From Synergistales bacterium (GTDB lineage Bacteria; Synergistota; Synergistia; Synergistales; JAFGMB01): 64,000 nucleotides of DNA. The position numbers and the translations under genes were made by a program. The notes under the pieces are model-generated. The model was not told where the DNA came from. It ran no database searches and saw nothing but the letters and a program-made list of their open reading frames with translations. Shown piece after piece: positions 37,872-47,563 of the stretch (the stretch's first letter is position 1; the number at the start of each line of letters is the position of its first letter). The DNA is taken from contig OY762654.1 in assembly GCA_963666205.1 (NCBI GenBank), forward strand, positions 1,632,001 through 1,696,000. The letters run 5' to 3'.

Positions 37872-38642
37872 TTAATTGAAACTCTTTACCAGGCTGACCA
37901 CCACAAGGTTCCACCCATTAGCAAGAACAAAGAGAAGAACCTTGAAGGGAAGGGATACCAGCATTGGCGGCAGCATTATCATCCCCATGGACATGAGAAT
38001 GCTGGAGACTATCATATCTATGACAAGAAAAGGGACGAAGATGACAACACCCATCTGGAAGGCTGTCTTGAGTTCACTGAGCATGAATGCCGGAAGCAGA
38101 ACCAGTGTGGACACATCCTCGGGAGTCTCGGGTCTTTCCATGTCTGATAATGAGATCATCAGGGATAATTCCTCGTCCCTGGTTTGGGAAAGCATGAACT
38201 GCCGAATAGGCTGGAGGCCTCGGTTAAGAGCCTGATCAGCCTGTATCTGACCTGACTGAAGAGGTTTATAGGCTTCCAGATAGACCTCTTCCCATACCGG
38301 TCTCATGACGAAAAGACTAAGGAAAAGAGCCAATGTAACTATAACCTGGTTGGGGGGAAGCTGCTGAATTCCCATGGCATTGCGAAGGAATCCAAGTACC
38401 ACCAGGATGCGGGTGAAACTGGTTACCATAAGGACCATGGCAGGTGCCAGGCTAAGGATCGTTATCATAAGGAGTATCTGTATTGTTACAGAAAGCTGTT
38501 GCGGGTCTCCTGGCTGACCTACGCTCAGATTCATCGAGGGAAGGGTCGGGAGGGAAACTTCCGCAGCAGAGGCTCCCCCTGCTAGAACACAAATGAAAAA
38601 CAACAGTACAACTTTCAGAGGCCAGCCCCTTATAGTGATCAA
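37872..38642 (-). CDS. fliP: Export gate FliP
   Basis: TSFTRI, PPNQV, SELKTAFQMG, MGMIMLPP. Confidence 0.96.
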   Translation of the reverse strand: MITIRGWPLKVVLLFFICVLAGGASAAEVSLPTLPSMNLSVGQPGDPQQLSVTIQILLMITILSLAPAMVLMVTSFTRILVVLGFLRNAMGIQQLPPNQVIVTLALFLSLFVMRPVWEEVYLEAYKPLQSGQIQADQALNRGLQPIRQFMLSQTRDEELSLMISLSDMERPETPEDVSTLVLLPAFMLSELKTAFQMGVVIFVPFLVIDMIVSSILMSMGMIMLPPMLVSLPFKVLLFVLANGWNLVVVSLVKSFN

Positions 38643-38735
38643 CTCCTTTTGATAGAAGTCAAATATTAATTATAATATTTATACTGTTGTTTATAATAAA
38701 ATAAAAACTATTATTTGTACAGATAGGATTTGCTT

Positions 38736-39269
38736 CTACTGCTGAAAACCAATTACTACGTAAATGGTGTAACCCTTTTCTCCCTGGAGGGAGATAGTGT
38801 ATTATCAGATACCCTGAAGTGAGGATGGGAAGGATAGTAGATTATTCCCTGCAAAAAGCCGGGGAGCGGTTATATTGATCCTGACGGGTTGGGATTTCCC
38901 GAACTCCTTCAAGGCGGTTCCGCATATCATGTTTGCGAGTTCTCCCAGGTCGGTTATGGAAAGGGGGGTATCTGTTTTCGGATCCTGGATCATTCCTCCG
39001 GACATGGTGATAATGGTTTTCTTGAAAGCTCCAGGGTCTGTGAGAATTGTTATGAACCCCTCAATATCATCTCCTATTACGCCTATAAGAGCAGCGGCGC
39101 AGCTTCCGGAGGTTTTCATCCAGGTCCCTTTCATGTCAAGTTTGAGGCTCAGCCCGAGATTCTTTGCTACTGTAATGGTGGAGACTGCAAATGCCGGAAC
39201 CATGAGTGTCAAGATTTCCAAAAACGCTATCTTGCAAAATTCCTTTCCTTCTTTCTCGCTGTTATTCAC
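38736..39269 (-). pseudogene. cheX: cheX phosphatase, nonsense-truncated
   Basis: IGVIGDDIEG and GELANMICG (ExxN); tandem TGA-TAA at 38802-38807 followed in frame by YTISLQGEKGYTIYVVIGFQQ*, which resembles the missing CheX C-terminal strands. Confidence 0.7.
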
Positions 39270-39414
39270 CTTAGCAGCAGTTGAAAATTCTTTCTTTGAT
39301 CATTCAAAACTTCGCTTGTTTATGTTTCGGGGGGCAGAACTTGGTTGTTGTAAATGACTACCTATTCTATAATTAAGAAAATTGACCTAACACTTTTCTT
39401 GAGGAGAGATAACT

Positions 39415-40719
39415 TTGGCCACCATAGATGTTAAGGTGAAAACTTCGGAGCTTAGACCTGGACAGGTTCTTGCTGAGGACATTTACGATATTTACGGAAG
39501 GCCTCTCCTTTACGCAGGGGTTATACTCACCCCCACAATCATCAGGGGTTTGATCCTCAGGGATTATTTGGATTATGTAAAGATCCGGGTACCCTGCGAA
39601 GAAGCTCCCCAAGGCCTTATCAAGCCCGAGGAATCTGTAAAAGGAATTCCCAGGGGTATCCACAAGAAGATAGGTAATTTCTTCGACCGAGCCAGAGATG
39701 TTGACCGGATCAATGCAGAAATGATTGATGAGCTTTCCAAAGATGTGAAACCTGTAATAGATAATATTTTCGATTCGGAGCCGGTCGTAATGGATAGCCT
39801 CCAACTTCTCTCCAGTCACGATGACCATACGCACCAGCATTCCTGGATGGTTATGCTTCTGACTCTTTCGATCCTGCGAAATGCGGAAATTAAAGGAATT
39901 CTTCGACCGGATCCTTACGATAAGATGGATGCTGCACTTGGGGCTCTCCTCCATGACATAGGTAAGACAAAGATCTCCCTTGATGTCCTTCTCAAGCCAG
40001 GCAAGCTGACATCAGAAGAATTTGACCTTATTCGAAAACACCCAACCTATGGCTACGAGATGGTGAAGACTACACCAAATCTGATGCCCATTCCAAAGGC
40101 CATAATAGCCCATCATCATCGTTATCTCGATGGTACCGGATACAGTGCAGAAGGTTTGCCTCCCCTGGAGAGGTTGCCTGATCTGGTTAGGATAGTTACC
40201 ATTGCTGATGTATACGATGCAATAGTGTCAGAAAGGCCCTATCACGTGGCTGCCCTTCCCTTCCATGCCTTGAAAATACTTTTTCAGGGTGCAGTAAGCA
40301 GGTTCGATGAACGCTTTATTTCTCTTCTCAATGATATTGTTGCGGCCTTTCCTTTAAGCTGCTTCCTGCTTTTTTACGGTGGAATAATCGCTCAAGTTGA
40401 AGAGATCAATGAGGAAAATAAAGATAATCCTCTAATTAAGATCATTGGGTCTTTTTCTCGAAAAGGGGCTCACCTTGTGGGTAGCAAATTTTATCTGGAT
40501 TCCGCCCCTTTTGAAATGCCTAAAGAAAAAAGCCTCGTCCTCGGCGCCTATTCAATAGACAGTCTTGAAACAAAAGTCAAGGGAGCTGTGAGCCTGGGCA
40601 AAAGTTCAGAGGATATAATAGGTCCGGAAGAAAATAACTACTTTAGCTCTCTTCCAATATTCGAGGAGTCCCTGCAGAAGATTTTCTCGTTATTTCAAGA
40701 AAAATCCCTGCAACTTTAA
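39415..40719 (+). CDS. HD-GYP family phosphodiesterase (GYS variant)
   Basis: HTHQHS, LLHDIGK, RKHPTYG, HHHRYLDGTGYS, IADVYDA..SERPY; promoter TTGTTG-N17-TATAAT at 39345-39373. Confidence 0.88.
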   Translation: MATIDVKVKTSELRPGQVLAEDIYDIYGRPLLYAGVILTPTIIRGLILRDYLDYVKIRVPCEEAPQGLIKPEESVKGIPRGIHKKIGNFFDRARDVDRINAEMIDELSKDVKPVIDNIFDSEPVVMDSLQLLSSHDDHTHQHSWMVMLLTLSILRNAEIKGILRPDPYDKMDAALGALLHDIGKTKISLDVLLKPGKLTSEEFDLIRKHPTYGYEMVKTTPNLMPIPKAIIAHHHRYLDGTGYSAEGLPPLERLPDLVRIVTIADVYDAIVSERPYHVAALPFHALKILFQGAVSRFDERFISLLNDIVAAFPLSCFLLFYGGIIAQVEEINEENKDNPLIKIIGSFSRKGAHLVGSKFYLDSAPFEMPKEKSLVLGAYSIDSLETKVKGAVSLGKSSEDIIGPEENNYFSSLPIFEESLQKIFSLFQEKSLQL

Positions 40720-40761
40720 TCATAATCACTGGTTAACTGAAAATAATCATCAGTCTGGTTA

Positions 40762-41118
40762 TCATAACAACACCTTGTTCACTGCTTCCAGGATCCTATC
40801 GGGCTGAAATGGTTTTACAACAAAATCCCTGGTTCCTGCCTTTATGGCCTGAACAACAATGTCATGCTGTCCCATAGCGCTTACTATGACCACATTTGCT
40901 GGGGGATCCAGTTTTTTCAGGGCAAGAAAAGTGTTGAGTCCGTCCAGTTCAGGCATGGTTATATCCAGGGTTACCAATTCGGGTTTAAGCCTGACATATT
41001 CCAAAAGGCACTTTTTCCCGTCTTCGGCTCCGCCGACTACTTCATGATTTCCCTTGGTCTGGATATCCTTCATCATCCTCATGAAGGCAGCATCGTCTAC
41101 GACAAGAATTTTACCCAC
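40762..41118 (-). CDS. cheY: CheY response regulator (open frame, atypical substitutions)
   Basis: VVDDAAFMR, LDITMP, SAMGQ, DFVVKPF. Confidence 0.85.
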   Translation of the reverse strand: MGKILVVDDAAFMRMMKDIQTKGNHEVVGGAEDGKKCLLEYVRLKPELVTLDITMPELDGLNTFLALKKLDPPANVVIVSAMGQHDIVVQAIKAGTRDFVVKPFQPDRILEAVNKVLL

Positions 41119-41441
41119 ATCAATACCTCAAGTTCATTTTCAAGTTCAACGTTCTTCCAGTTCAGGAAAAGGATAAGAATTAAAGAGAATCATAAAACCA
41201 TTTTTCTTTTCTTAACTTCCTGAAAGTTCAACTCTCTTTCCGGTATATGTCCCAAATCACCTGAAAAACTGCTCTCGGCTATAAACCATCGTAATGATGC
41301 CTCAGGAACGGATCCTTACATCCTTGGATTTTCTCTGACTGATCATCTTTGTGGGGGCTTTCATAAAACAGTACAAGGATAAATACTGTGAGGACTCCAG
41401 GGACAAGGAAAGGTACAGGATCTTAAATCTTCTAATGATCT

Positions 41442-41795
41442 TTAAACATCTCCGACCTTTTTCCTGTTCTGCAAGCCATCTGTCAGTCTTGCAGAGGCCT
41501 CCCGAACTGACTCGGCATCTCCCCTGGCAAATGATTCGAGCATCTCCAGAAGGGTTTCTTCTTCCATCCTCAACCTTGCCATGACCCGGCTGTATTTTCT
41601 TATCAGAAGGGTATCCTTTTTTTGGGGCCTTGGAACATCTCTCCTCAGCCCAGAGTAGTGATCCTCTATCCGTTTTTTCAGTTCTTTTTTCCTGTAGGGA
41701 TCTCTAAAACAAGCAGCCATTTCTGCTGCACCTGGCAGCGAAAATCCCTTGTTTCTGATCATTATATATTTTCTCTCCTCCCGGATGGGGTTCAT
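41442..41795 (-). CDS. Hypothetical basic helical protein coupled to flhG
   Basis: Overlaps the flhG stop; GGAGAG RBS before internal MIRNK. Confidence 0.5.
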   Translation of the reverse strand: MNPIREERKYIMIRNKGFSLPGAAEMAACFRDPYRKKELKKRIEDHYSGLRRDVPRPQKKDTLLIRKYSRVMARLRMEEETLLEMLESFARGDAESVREASARLTDGLQNRKKVGDV

Positions 41796-42787
41796 TTCCT
41801 GGAGCCGAACTTGTCGAGCATGGTTTTCAGAAGTCTTGCCATAGGCCCCTTCTGGCCGTCCAGAGGAGCCTCTCTGTCCTTTTCTTCAGGAACGGAGAGG
41901 ATTCTCTCCGTTATATCCTCCATTTTCTTTGCCAGAACACTTCTTGGATAAAGTTTGACCAGAGGACATCTTGCTTTTACAGCCCTCGAAACTCTCAGAT
42001 CATATGGAAGGTAACCAAGAAAGTTCAAGTGAAGATCAAGGAAATGCTCGCTAGTGCGGATAAGCCTTTCTGCTCCGAGAATGGCCTCCTGCCTTGAGAA
42101 GGCCATGTTGATGACGATGTAAATTTCCTTTTCTCCAAGCTGCTCCTTTGTATAGCAGTGGAAAAGGCTTTTGATCATGCCGTAGGCATCTTTCAGGGCA
42201 GTGGGTTCGGGAGTTGTAATAAGAACAATGGCATCGGCGGCCATTGAAAAATCCCGTACCGTGGAATTGATTCCCGCCCCTGTGTCTATAACTATTACAT
42301 CCACCATATCGTCCAGGGCCATTATTTCGGGCAGAAGTTCGGCTCTGGCCTGGGGGTCCATTTCTGCGAGCTCAGGTATGCCGCTCCCGCCAGGAACGAG
42401 CCATACCCTTTCCGAAACGGGAAGGGTTATTTCTCTGAGGGAAAGCTCTCCCCGGATCACGTGATTGAGATTAAGCCTTGTATCCAGCCCCAGAAGAACA
42501 TCCGCATTGGCAAGCCCCAGATCGGCATCTATAAGGGCGGTGGGTTTATTGAACTTTTCGCCTATGAGGAGAGCGAGATTCAGTGCAAAACTGCTTTTCC
42601 CAACGCCCCCCTTGCCGCTTATGACGGCTATGGACTTCTTCCCTTCCTGGCGGATCTGCTTATTTTTCAATGCTCCTTCGTAGAGAGCTTTCTGTAATTC
42701 CCTGAGCTGAAGGGATTCGAAACTGTAATCCTCTATGTTTGAGGAGGTATTGTTCCCTTTTGTAGAAATGATCTTGCCGAGCCTCAT
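41792..42787 (-). CDS. flhG: MinD-like ATPase FlhG
   Basis: SGKGGVGKS, DADLGLAN, DTGAG, TTPEPTA..DAY. Confidence 0.93.
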   Translation of the reverse strand: MRLGKIISTKGNNTSSNIEDYSFESLQLRELQKALYEGALKNKQIRQEGKKSIAVISGKGGVGKSSFALNLALLIGEKFNKPTALIDADLGLANADVLLGLDTRLNLNHVIRGELSLREITLPVSERVWLVPGGSGIPELAEMDPQARAELLPEIMALDDMVDVIVIDTGAGINSTVRDFSMAADAIVLITTPEPTALKDAYGMIKSLFHCYTKEQLGEKEIYIVINMAFSRQEAILGAERLIRTSEHFLDLHLNFLGYLPYDLRVSRAVKARCPLVKLYPRSVLAKKMEDITERILSVPEEKDREAPLDGQKGPMARLLKTMLDKFGSRK

Positions 42788-43995
42788 CTTTCTTCTCCCC
42801 TGCCGAAAATAGAATCCATAATGAACTCGGGGTCGGCGTAGTTTATATCCCGAGGTACGTTCTGTCCAGTAGTGACGAAGGAAAGCGGGAGGTTAAAGGT
42901 CAGAGGCAGAGCCAACAGGCATCCAAGACCCAGGGTTTCGTCGGCTTTTGTCAGAAGCAGCCTGGAAATTGGGACAGCTCCCCCTGTTTTTTCAATGGCA
43001 ACCCTGACATCACCTGGTCTGGAAGTGGCCGATACCGCCATGTGAACAGCCTGGGGGGAGAAGTTTTTATATATGTTCTCTACCTGTCCGATACGGTCTT
43101 TTTCCCTGAAACCATGTCCAGCCGTGTCCATAAGGATAAGGGTGTCCTCCGAATATTTTTTCAGCAGTTCAGGTATCTCCGCACCATCGTTAACGGCTTC
43201 CAGGGGGATGTGAAGGACTCTTGCGAATGTCCTGATCTGATCCACTGCAGATACACGGTAGTTATCTGAAGTGAAGAGGGCCACATCCCTTCCTTCCTGA
43301 ACGGCTATAGCAGCTATTTTGGCTATTGTAGTGGTCTTGCCCACTCCCGTGGGACCAACTATCATTACCCTGTTTCCTCCCAGAGCACTGGTGAGCATGT
43401 CCTTTCCGGGAGCAAAACATAGCCCTTTACATCGCATTTTCAGCCACTTCCGGAAAGAAAGTCCACTTTCAGAGGAGTCACAGAATTCGTTCCATAGCAT
43501 CTCAGCATGATCTTCAGGAAGGTCGCTTTTCAGCAATACTTCCAAAGCCAGGGCCTTTTCAGAGAATTTTCCTTGTCCTTCTGTCCCGGTTTTTCCCATC
43601 TCAGGTATTGGTTCAACAGGATTGGAAGCAGGGTGGACTTTGATATCCACAGTGTCTTCCATTCCCTCAATGAGACGCTCCTGAAGGTTTTTTGTATCCT
43701 CTTTCTGAACCAGGTTCTTTTTGTATTCCAGCAGGGCCTTGAAGACCTCCATCTGCCTCTTTTCGAGTTCGGGATCCCGTTCTTCCACCGTGGGTTTCTT
43801 TTCATCCTCCAGGATGCCCGCTCTTACGACCAGTTCCTTCTTCCTGAAAAAGGGGAAGAACGAAGGAGCTCTAACGGTTTGTATGGAAAGGATAATTCCG
43901 TCGGATCCAAGCTTCTCCCTTACCCGCTGAAAGGCTTCATTCTCGGTTTTTGCACGGAATTCTATTTCTTTAATCAGCCTCAATGGTACCATCAC
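42784..43995 (-). CDS. flhF: SRP-family GTPase FlhF
   Basis: GPTGVGKTTT, DNYR, DTAG, TKADE, TGQNVP. Confidence 0.93.
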   Translation of the reverse strand: MMVPLRLIKEIEFRAKTENEAFQRVREKLGSDGIILSIQTVRAPSFFPFFRKKELVVRAGILEDEKKPTVEERDPELEKRQMEVFKALLEYKKNLVQKEDTKNLQERLIEGMEDTVDIKVHPASNPVEPIPEMGKTGTEGQGKFSEKALALEVLLKSDLPEDHAEMLWNEFCDSSESGLSFRKWLKMRCKGLCFAPGKDMLTSALGGNRVMIVGPTGVGKTTTIAKIAAIAVQEGRDVALFTSDNYRVSAVDQIRTFARVLHIPLEAVNDGAEIPELLKKYSEDTLILMDTAGHGFREKDRIGQVENIYKNFSPQAVHMAVSATSRPGDVRVAIEKTGGAVPISRLLLTKADETLGLGCLLALPLTFNLPLSFVTTGQNVPRDINYADPEFIMDSIFGRGEER

Positions 43996-44097
43996 CTTCT
44001 CCTGTCTGATCCCGGGTATCAGAATTCTATTTGGTAAATATCTTATCTTATATGATGGAGAATCTTTATGAGTCTCAATCCTCTTTTCTTTGATAAT

Positions 44098-44481
44098 TCA
44101 AGTGTAAGTAACCTTTGAAGGTTTTTTGTTGAGTAAGGAACCAGACGTTTTGAATCTCACTTTGGTGGGACCGCATATCTCTTAAATAGGCCCGATCATC
44201 AGATAACTATCCGGGTCAAGCCAGTTAAAGAAGTCTTTATAAAGCCTGGACTTCGCCTCTGATGGAAAGTAGATAACCACGTTTTTGCAAGTCCTCTGGA
44301 GAAGTTAATGGTATTCCCTGTAATTGGAGATGTTCCAAGTATTCATAAGGGAATGAATGGGAAGATGGATCTGGTATTTGTAAATTTCCAGAGCCACTCC
44401 AGTAAGGAGGCAAAATCCTTTTTGGATTCTTCATATCCGCCAGTCGGGTATATTTTCTGACTCACGAAAAATTTCCAGCAT
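44098..44481 (-). pseudogene. cheR: cheR methyltransferase pseudogene with core deletion
   Basis: N-terminal YEESKKDF../GVALEIYKYQIHLPIHSLMNTWNISNYREYH* fused in frame to CKNVVIYFPSEAKSRLYKDFFNWLDPDSYLMIGPI*EI (the CRNV.IYF motif); has a frameshift and two stops. Confidence 0.85.
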
Positions 44482-44485
44482 GTTT

Positions 44486-45178
44486 CTAGGAAGAGACCCC
44501 GTAGGTTATTACCTGTTCCCTGTTGCAATGACCGACGAGTTCTGTAATCCTGATCCCGAAATTTTCATCTATTACAACCACTTCGCCTTTGAGGATTAGT
44601 TTGCTGTTGGCAAGGACCTCGACCGGCTCTCCCACCAGCTTATCCAGCTCCACCACGGTTCCCTGTTCAAGGGAAAGGATCTCGCCGATGGTCATCTGGG
44701 TTCTTCCAAGAACCACTGATATCTTCACGGGTATATCCATGAGCAGGTTTATCCCCACTCCATCCATGGTCGAAGAGAATTGGGGTGTTTCCATATTGCC
44801 GATCTGGGGAAAGCTTGCTGGTTTTGCCTGAAGCTTTTCTACAGGAGAAGATGATAGGGGTTTCAAATTGGAGCCTGAAGAGGATTTCACACCTGTAGTT
44901 GTTTCATCGAGAGATGAATAACTCTCGCCTTGGCAGCATGATTCGATCCCCATCCTCTCAAGGTCTGGAATTTCAGGGATGCTTTCCGCGAGGACGTCCA
45001 ATCCTTCAAGTCCCCTGGTAATGGCATCGGCCTCCTCGGGGCTTATTCCCGAATAATCAGATTTTTCAGGAGTTTCGGACTTTCTAGGTTTCTCCTCCTG
45101 GGAAAGGACGGTTTCTTCAGAACCTGTCTGATTTTCAAACGTGGGTTGTCCATCCTTTATTGTTTTCTCTTCGGACAT
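44486..45178 (-). CDS. fliN: FliN / shortened FliY switch protein
   Basis: C-terminal LMDIPVKISVVLG...GEVVVIDENFGIRI; no CheC-like domain. Confidence 0.88.
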   Translation of the reverse strand: MSEEKTIKDGQPTFENQTGSEETVLSQEEKPRKSETPEKSDYSGISPEEADAITRGLEGLDVLAESIPEIPDLERMGIESCCQGESYSSLDETTTGVKSSSGSNLKPLSSSPVEKLQAKPASFPQIGNMETPQFSSTMDGVGINLLMDIPVKISVVLGRTQMTIGEILSLEQGTVVELDKLVGEPVEVLANSKLILKGEVVVIDENFGIRITELVGHCNREQVITYGVSS

Positions 45179-45239
45179 GATAAAGGGTAACTGCCTGCCG
45201 GCAATTCACCCTCACCTCCTTCTGTCAGCCTTTTTTCTT

Positions 45240-46007
45240 CTAGGACCCGAAGGTCTCGATCATCTTTCTTGCGGATTCAGAACCGCATTCGAAAGCCTTT
45301 GAGGCAGCTTCATAAGCCCGGCTAGCTTCGATCATTCTCGTCATTTCTTCCACAATATTTACATTTGAGCCTTCCAGAGCTCCAGCAAACAGGTTCACAT
45401 CTTCCCCGTCAACTTCTTCAGGAGAGCCGGAGAGGCTTGTCTCGGAAAGGAGGGTACTTCCCCTTCTCATTAGGTAGGAGGGTGATGCAAAACGGTACAG
45501 GGATATTTTGCCTATTTCCGCTCCATCCGCCAGGACTGACCCGTCAGATCCTATCTCTATGGCCGAAGCTTCTCCGGGGGTTATGGGACCGCCCTCTCCC
45601 ATAATGGTCATGCCCGTGGATGTTACCAGGTTACCTTCTGAGTCCAGAGAGAAGTTTCCTGCCCGGGTATAGTAATTGTTATGGCCGTCGGAGACATGGA
45701 AATAACCATCACCACTTATGGCACAATCCAGGGGATTTCCTGTTTCCACTATTGTGCCGGGTTCAGTGTTAACTGCCGTTTCGGAGAGTACTACCCCCAA
45801 CCCGGCAACATCTACTGTTTTTTCAGAGATGCCTCCTGAACCGTTACTTTCCTTTCGAAAAAGTTGGACTTCCGGAAATGTTTTTGCCACAGCCAGACTT
45901 TTGGAAAAACCCGAGGTACTGGCATTGGCAAGGTTATTGGATGCCACATCCACTGCTTTTTCCTGAACCAGCATGGCTGCAATACTTCCATAAATTCCTC
46001 GAAACAA
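45240..46007 (-). CDS. flgF: Rod protein FlgF/FlhO
   Basis: SNNLANAST, TGNPLD, YTRAGNF, LEGSNVN. Confidence 0.88.
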   Translation of the reverse strand: MFRGIYGSIAAMLVQEKAVDVASNNLANASTSGFSKSLAVAKTFPEVQLFRKESNGSGGISEKTVDVAGLGVVLSETAVNTEPGTIVETGNPLDCAISGDGYFHVSDGHNNYYTRAGNFSLDSEGNLVTSTGMTIMGEGGPITPGEASAIEIGSDGSVLADGAEIGKISLYRFASPSYLMRRGSTLLSETSLSGSPEEVDGEDVNLFAGALEGSNVNIVEEMTRMIEASRAYEAASKAFECGSESARKMIETFGS

Positions 46008-46019
46008 GTGATCAGCCCC

Positions 46020-46439
46020 CTATCCCTTAAGGAGGTCTGTGGCTGCTTCCCACATGGATCTGGCCGACTGGACAACCTCCAGGTTAGCCTCGTAGGCACG
46101 GCTGGCTGCCATCATGTCAGCCATTTCCCTGACCACTGAGACGTTGGGGTATGCCACGTATCCCTCTTCGTTTGCATCGGGGTGGCCCGGGTCGTATTCC
46201 ATACGGGAAGGGGAATCATCCAACTCGATTTCCTTGATCACAACTCCCGCGGATCTTCCTCCATCTCCCATGGCTTCCACCAGTTTCTCTTCAAAGACAG
46301 GGATTTTCCGCTGATAAGGGCCGCCATCTTCTGTTCGGGTGGAGTTTACGTTGGCCAGATTTTCCGCAATAGTGTCCATCATGACTCTGTGTGCTGTAAG
46401 GGAGCTGCCTGCTATGTCCATATTCTTGAAAACTCGCAT
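46020..46439 (-). CDS. flgC: Rod protein FlgC
   Basis: YDPGHPDA..GYV.YPNV, ASRAYEAN. Confidence 0.96.
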   Translation of the reverse strand: MRVFKNMDIAGSSLTAHRVMMDTIAENLANVNSTRTEDGGPYQRKIPVFEEKLVEAMGDGGRSAGVVIKEIELDDSPSRMEYDPGHPDANEEGYVAYPNVSVVREMADMMAASRAYEANLEVVQSARSMWEAATDLLKG

Positions 46440-46440
46440 T

Positions 46441-46854
46441 TTACTTGCCTCCCATTGCTGTTTTTATCATATCGGCCCGCTTTGCCATCATTCTCAGGAT
46501 GCCGTTGTAGGCCATCTTTGTTTCTGCCATCTTTGCCATTTCGATCTCAGGGTCCACGTTGTTCCCGTCAAGGCGATAAATCCCTTCATCGTTGGTTATT
46601 TCCCTGACCTGGAAAACCTCAATTCCCTTTTCCTGGGTATTTGTGCCAAGGTGTTTCTCATCGGTGGTCTTAAGAGCCAGCTTTTGCGAAGAGCCATTTT
46701 TTTCAAGGGCTGACCGGAGATTATCTTCGAAGGGAACTTCCTTTTTTTTATAGGCAGGGGTGTTTACGTTGGCCAGATTTTCAGCCACTGCCCCGAACCT
46801 CCTGGCAAGGGCGGAAGCTCCCAGTTTGCCTGCCATCCATGTTTTGTCATTCAT
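46441..46854 (-). CDS. flgB: Rod protein FlgB
   Basis: ENLANVNTPAYK, RLDGNNVD. Confidence 0.95.
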   Translation of the reverse strand: MNDKTWMAGKLGASALARRFGAVAENLANVNTPAYKKKEVPFEDNLRSALEKNGSSQKLALKTTDEKHLGTNTQEKGIEVFQVREITNDEGIYRLDGNNVDPEIEMAKMAETKMAYNGILRMMAKRADMIKTAMGGK

Positions 46855-46930
46855 CGGACCCGTTCACCCTCTCTTCAAGGTGCTTGTATTATTTCTGAAC
46901 AGATTTTTTCTTGAATTATCTTATGTTCTT

Positions 46931-47545
46931 CTAAGTCTTTTCGGTTTTTATCCTTGCAAACCTTACAAGTTTTGCTGCGGATTCGGGATTCATTTTTCCC
47001 AGAACCTGGGATCTCTGCTCCGGATCCATAACTTCCAGCAGAGAGGCGGCTTCCTCCAGTGGAAGAAGAGAGATTATCCTGGCTGCCTTTGAAGAAGGCA
47101 TCTCTGCAAAACTTTCGGAAATCAGACCGAAGAAGACTGGAGCCTCCTCGCTTTGTGTCTTTTTTCCCTTGATCTTATCAGGGGTTGCAGCCTTTTCATC
47201 AAGGAGGGTCTTGCTGGTCCTGATCTTGTTCTTCTCCTTTTCGAGGCTGGCTCTTTCTTCTTCCAGGGCCTTGCTCTTTTCCAGGAGATATTTCTCCTTC
47301 TCCTCAAGTTCCAGGAGACGGCGTTCGTAGGCAGTTACAGGGGGTGATATTTTTTCTAGGAGGGGATAGACTTTCCTGCCGATGAGGGGTACTCTCTCTA
47401 CCCATGGCACTATCCTGTCAGCGATCATATACATACCGCCACCCATATAAAGTCCCGCAATTATGCCTGTTAAAAGGACCAGAAGGAGCAAAAAGATCTT
47501 GAAGAATTTCAAGGTATTTCCTAATCTACCAATGCTGGTTTCCAT
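46931..47545 (-). CDS. MotE/YlxF-like membrane coiled-coil protein (MgtE-N-like tail)
   Basis: TM helix, coiled coil, EMPSSKAARII...LGKMNPESAAKL. Confidence 0.75.
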   Translation of the reverse strand: METSIGRLGNTLKFFKIFLLLLVLLTGIIAGLYMGGGMYMIADRIVPWVERVPLIGRKVYPLLEKISPPVTAYERRLLELEEKEKYLLEKSKALEEERASLEKEKNKIRTSKTLLDEKAATPDKIKGKKTQSEEAPVFFGLISESFAEMPSSKAARIISLLPLEEAASLLEVMDPEQRSQVLGKMNPESAAKLVRFARIKTEKT

Positions 47546-47563
47546 TTTCTTCTCCTTGTCCCG

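Noticed and set aside
38802-38807. Programmed read-through or selenocysteine in cheX
   Set aside because: TGA is immediately followed by TAA, and similar nonsense lesions affect the other che genes
41120-41440. Possible MCP/cheC remnant upstream of cheY (broken hydrophobic stretch LVPGVLTVFILVLF)
   Set aside because: No diagnostic motif recognised in any frame
41442-41795. Candidate FlgM anti-sigma factor
   Set aside because: Size fits, but the conserved C-terminal I..G.Y motif is absent
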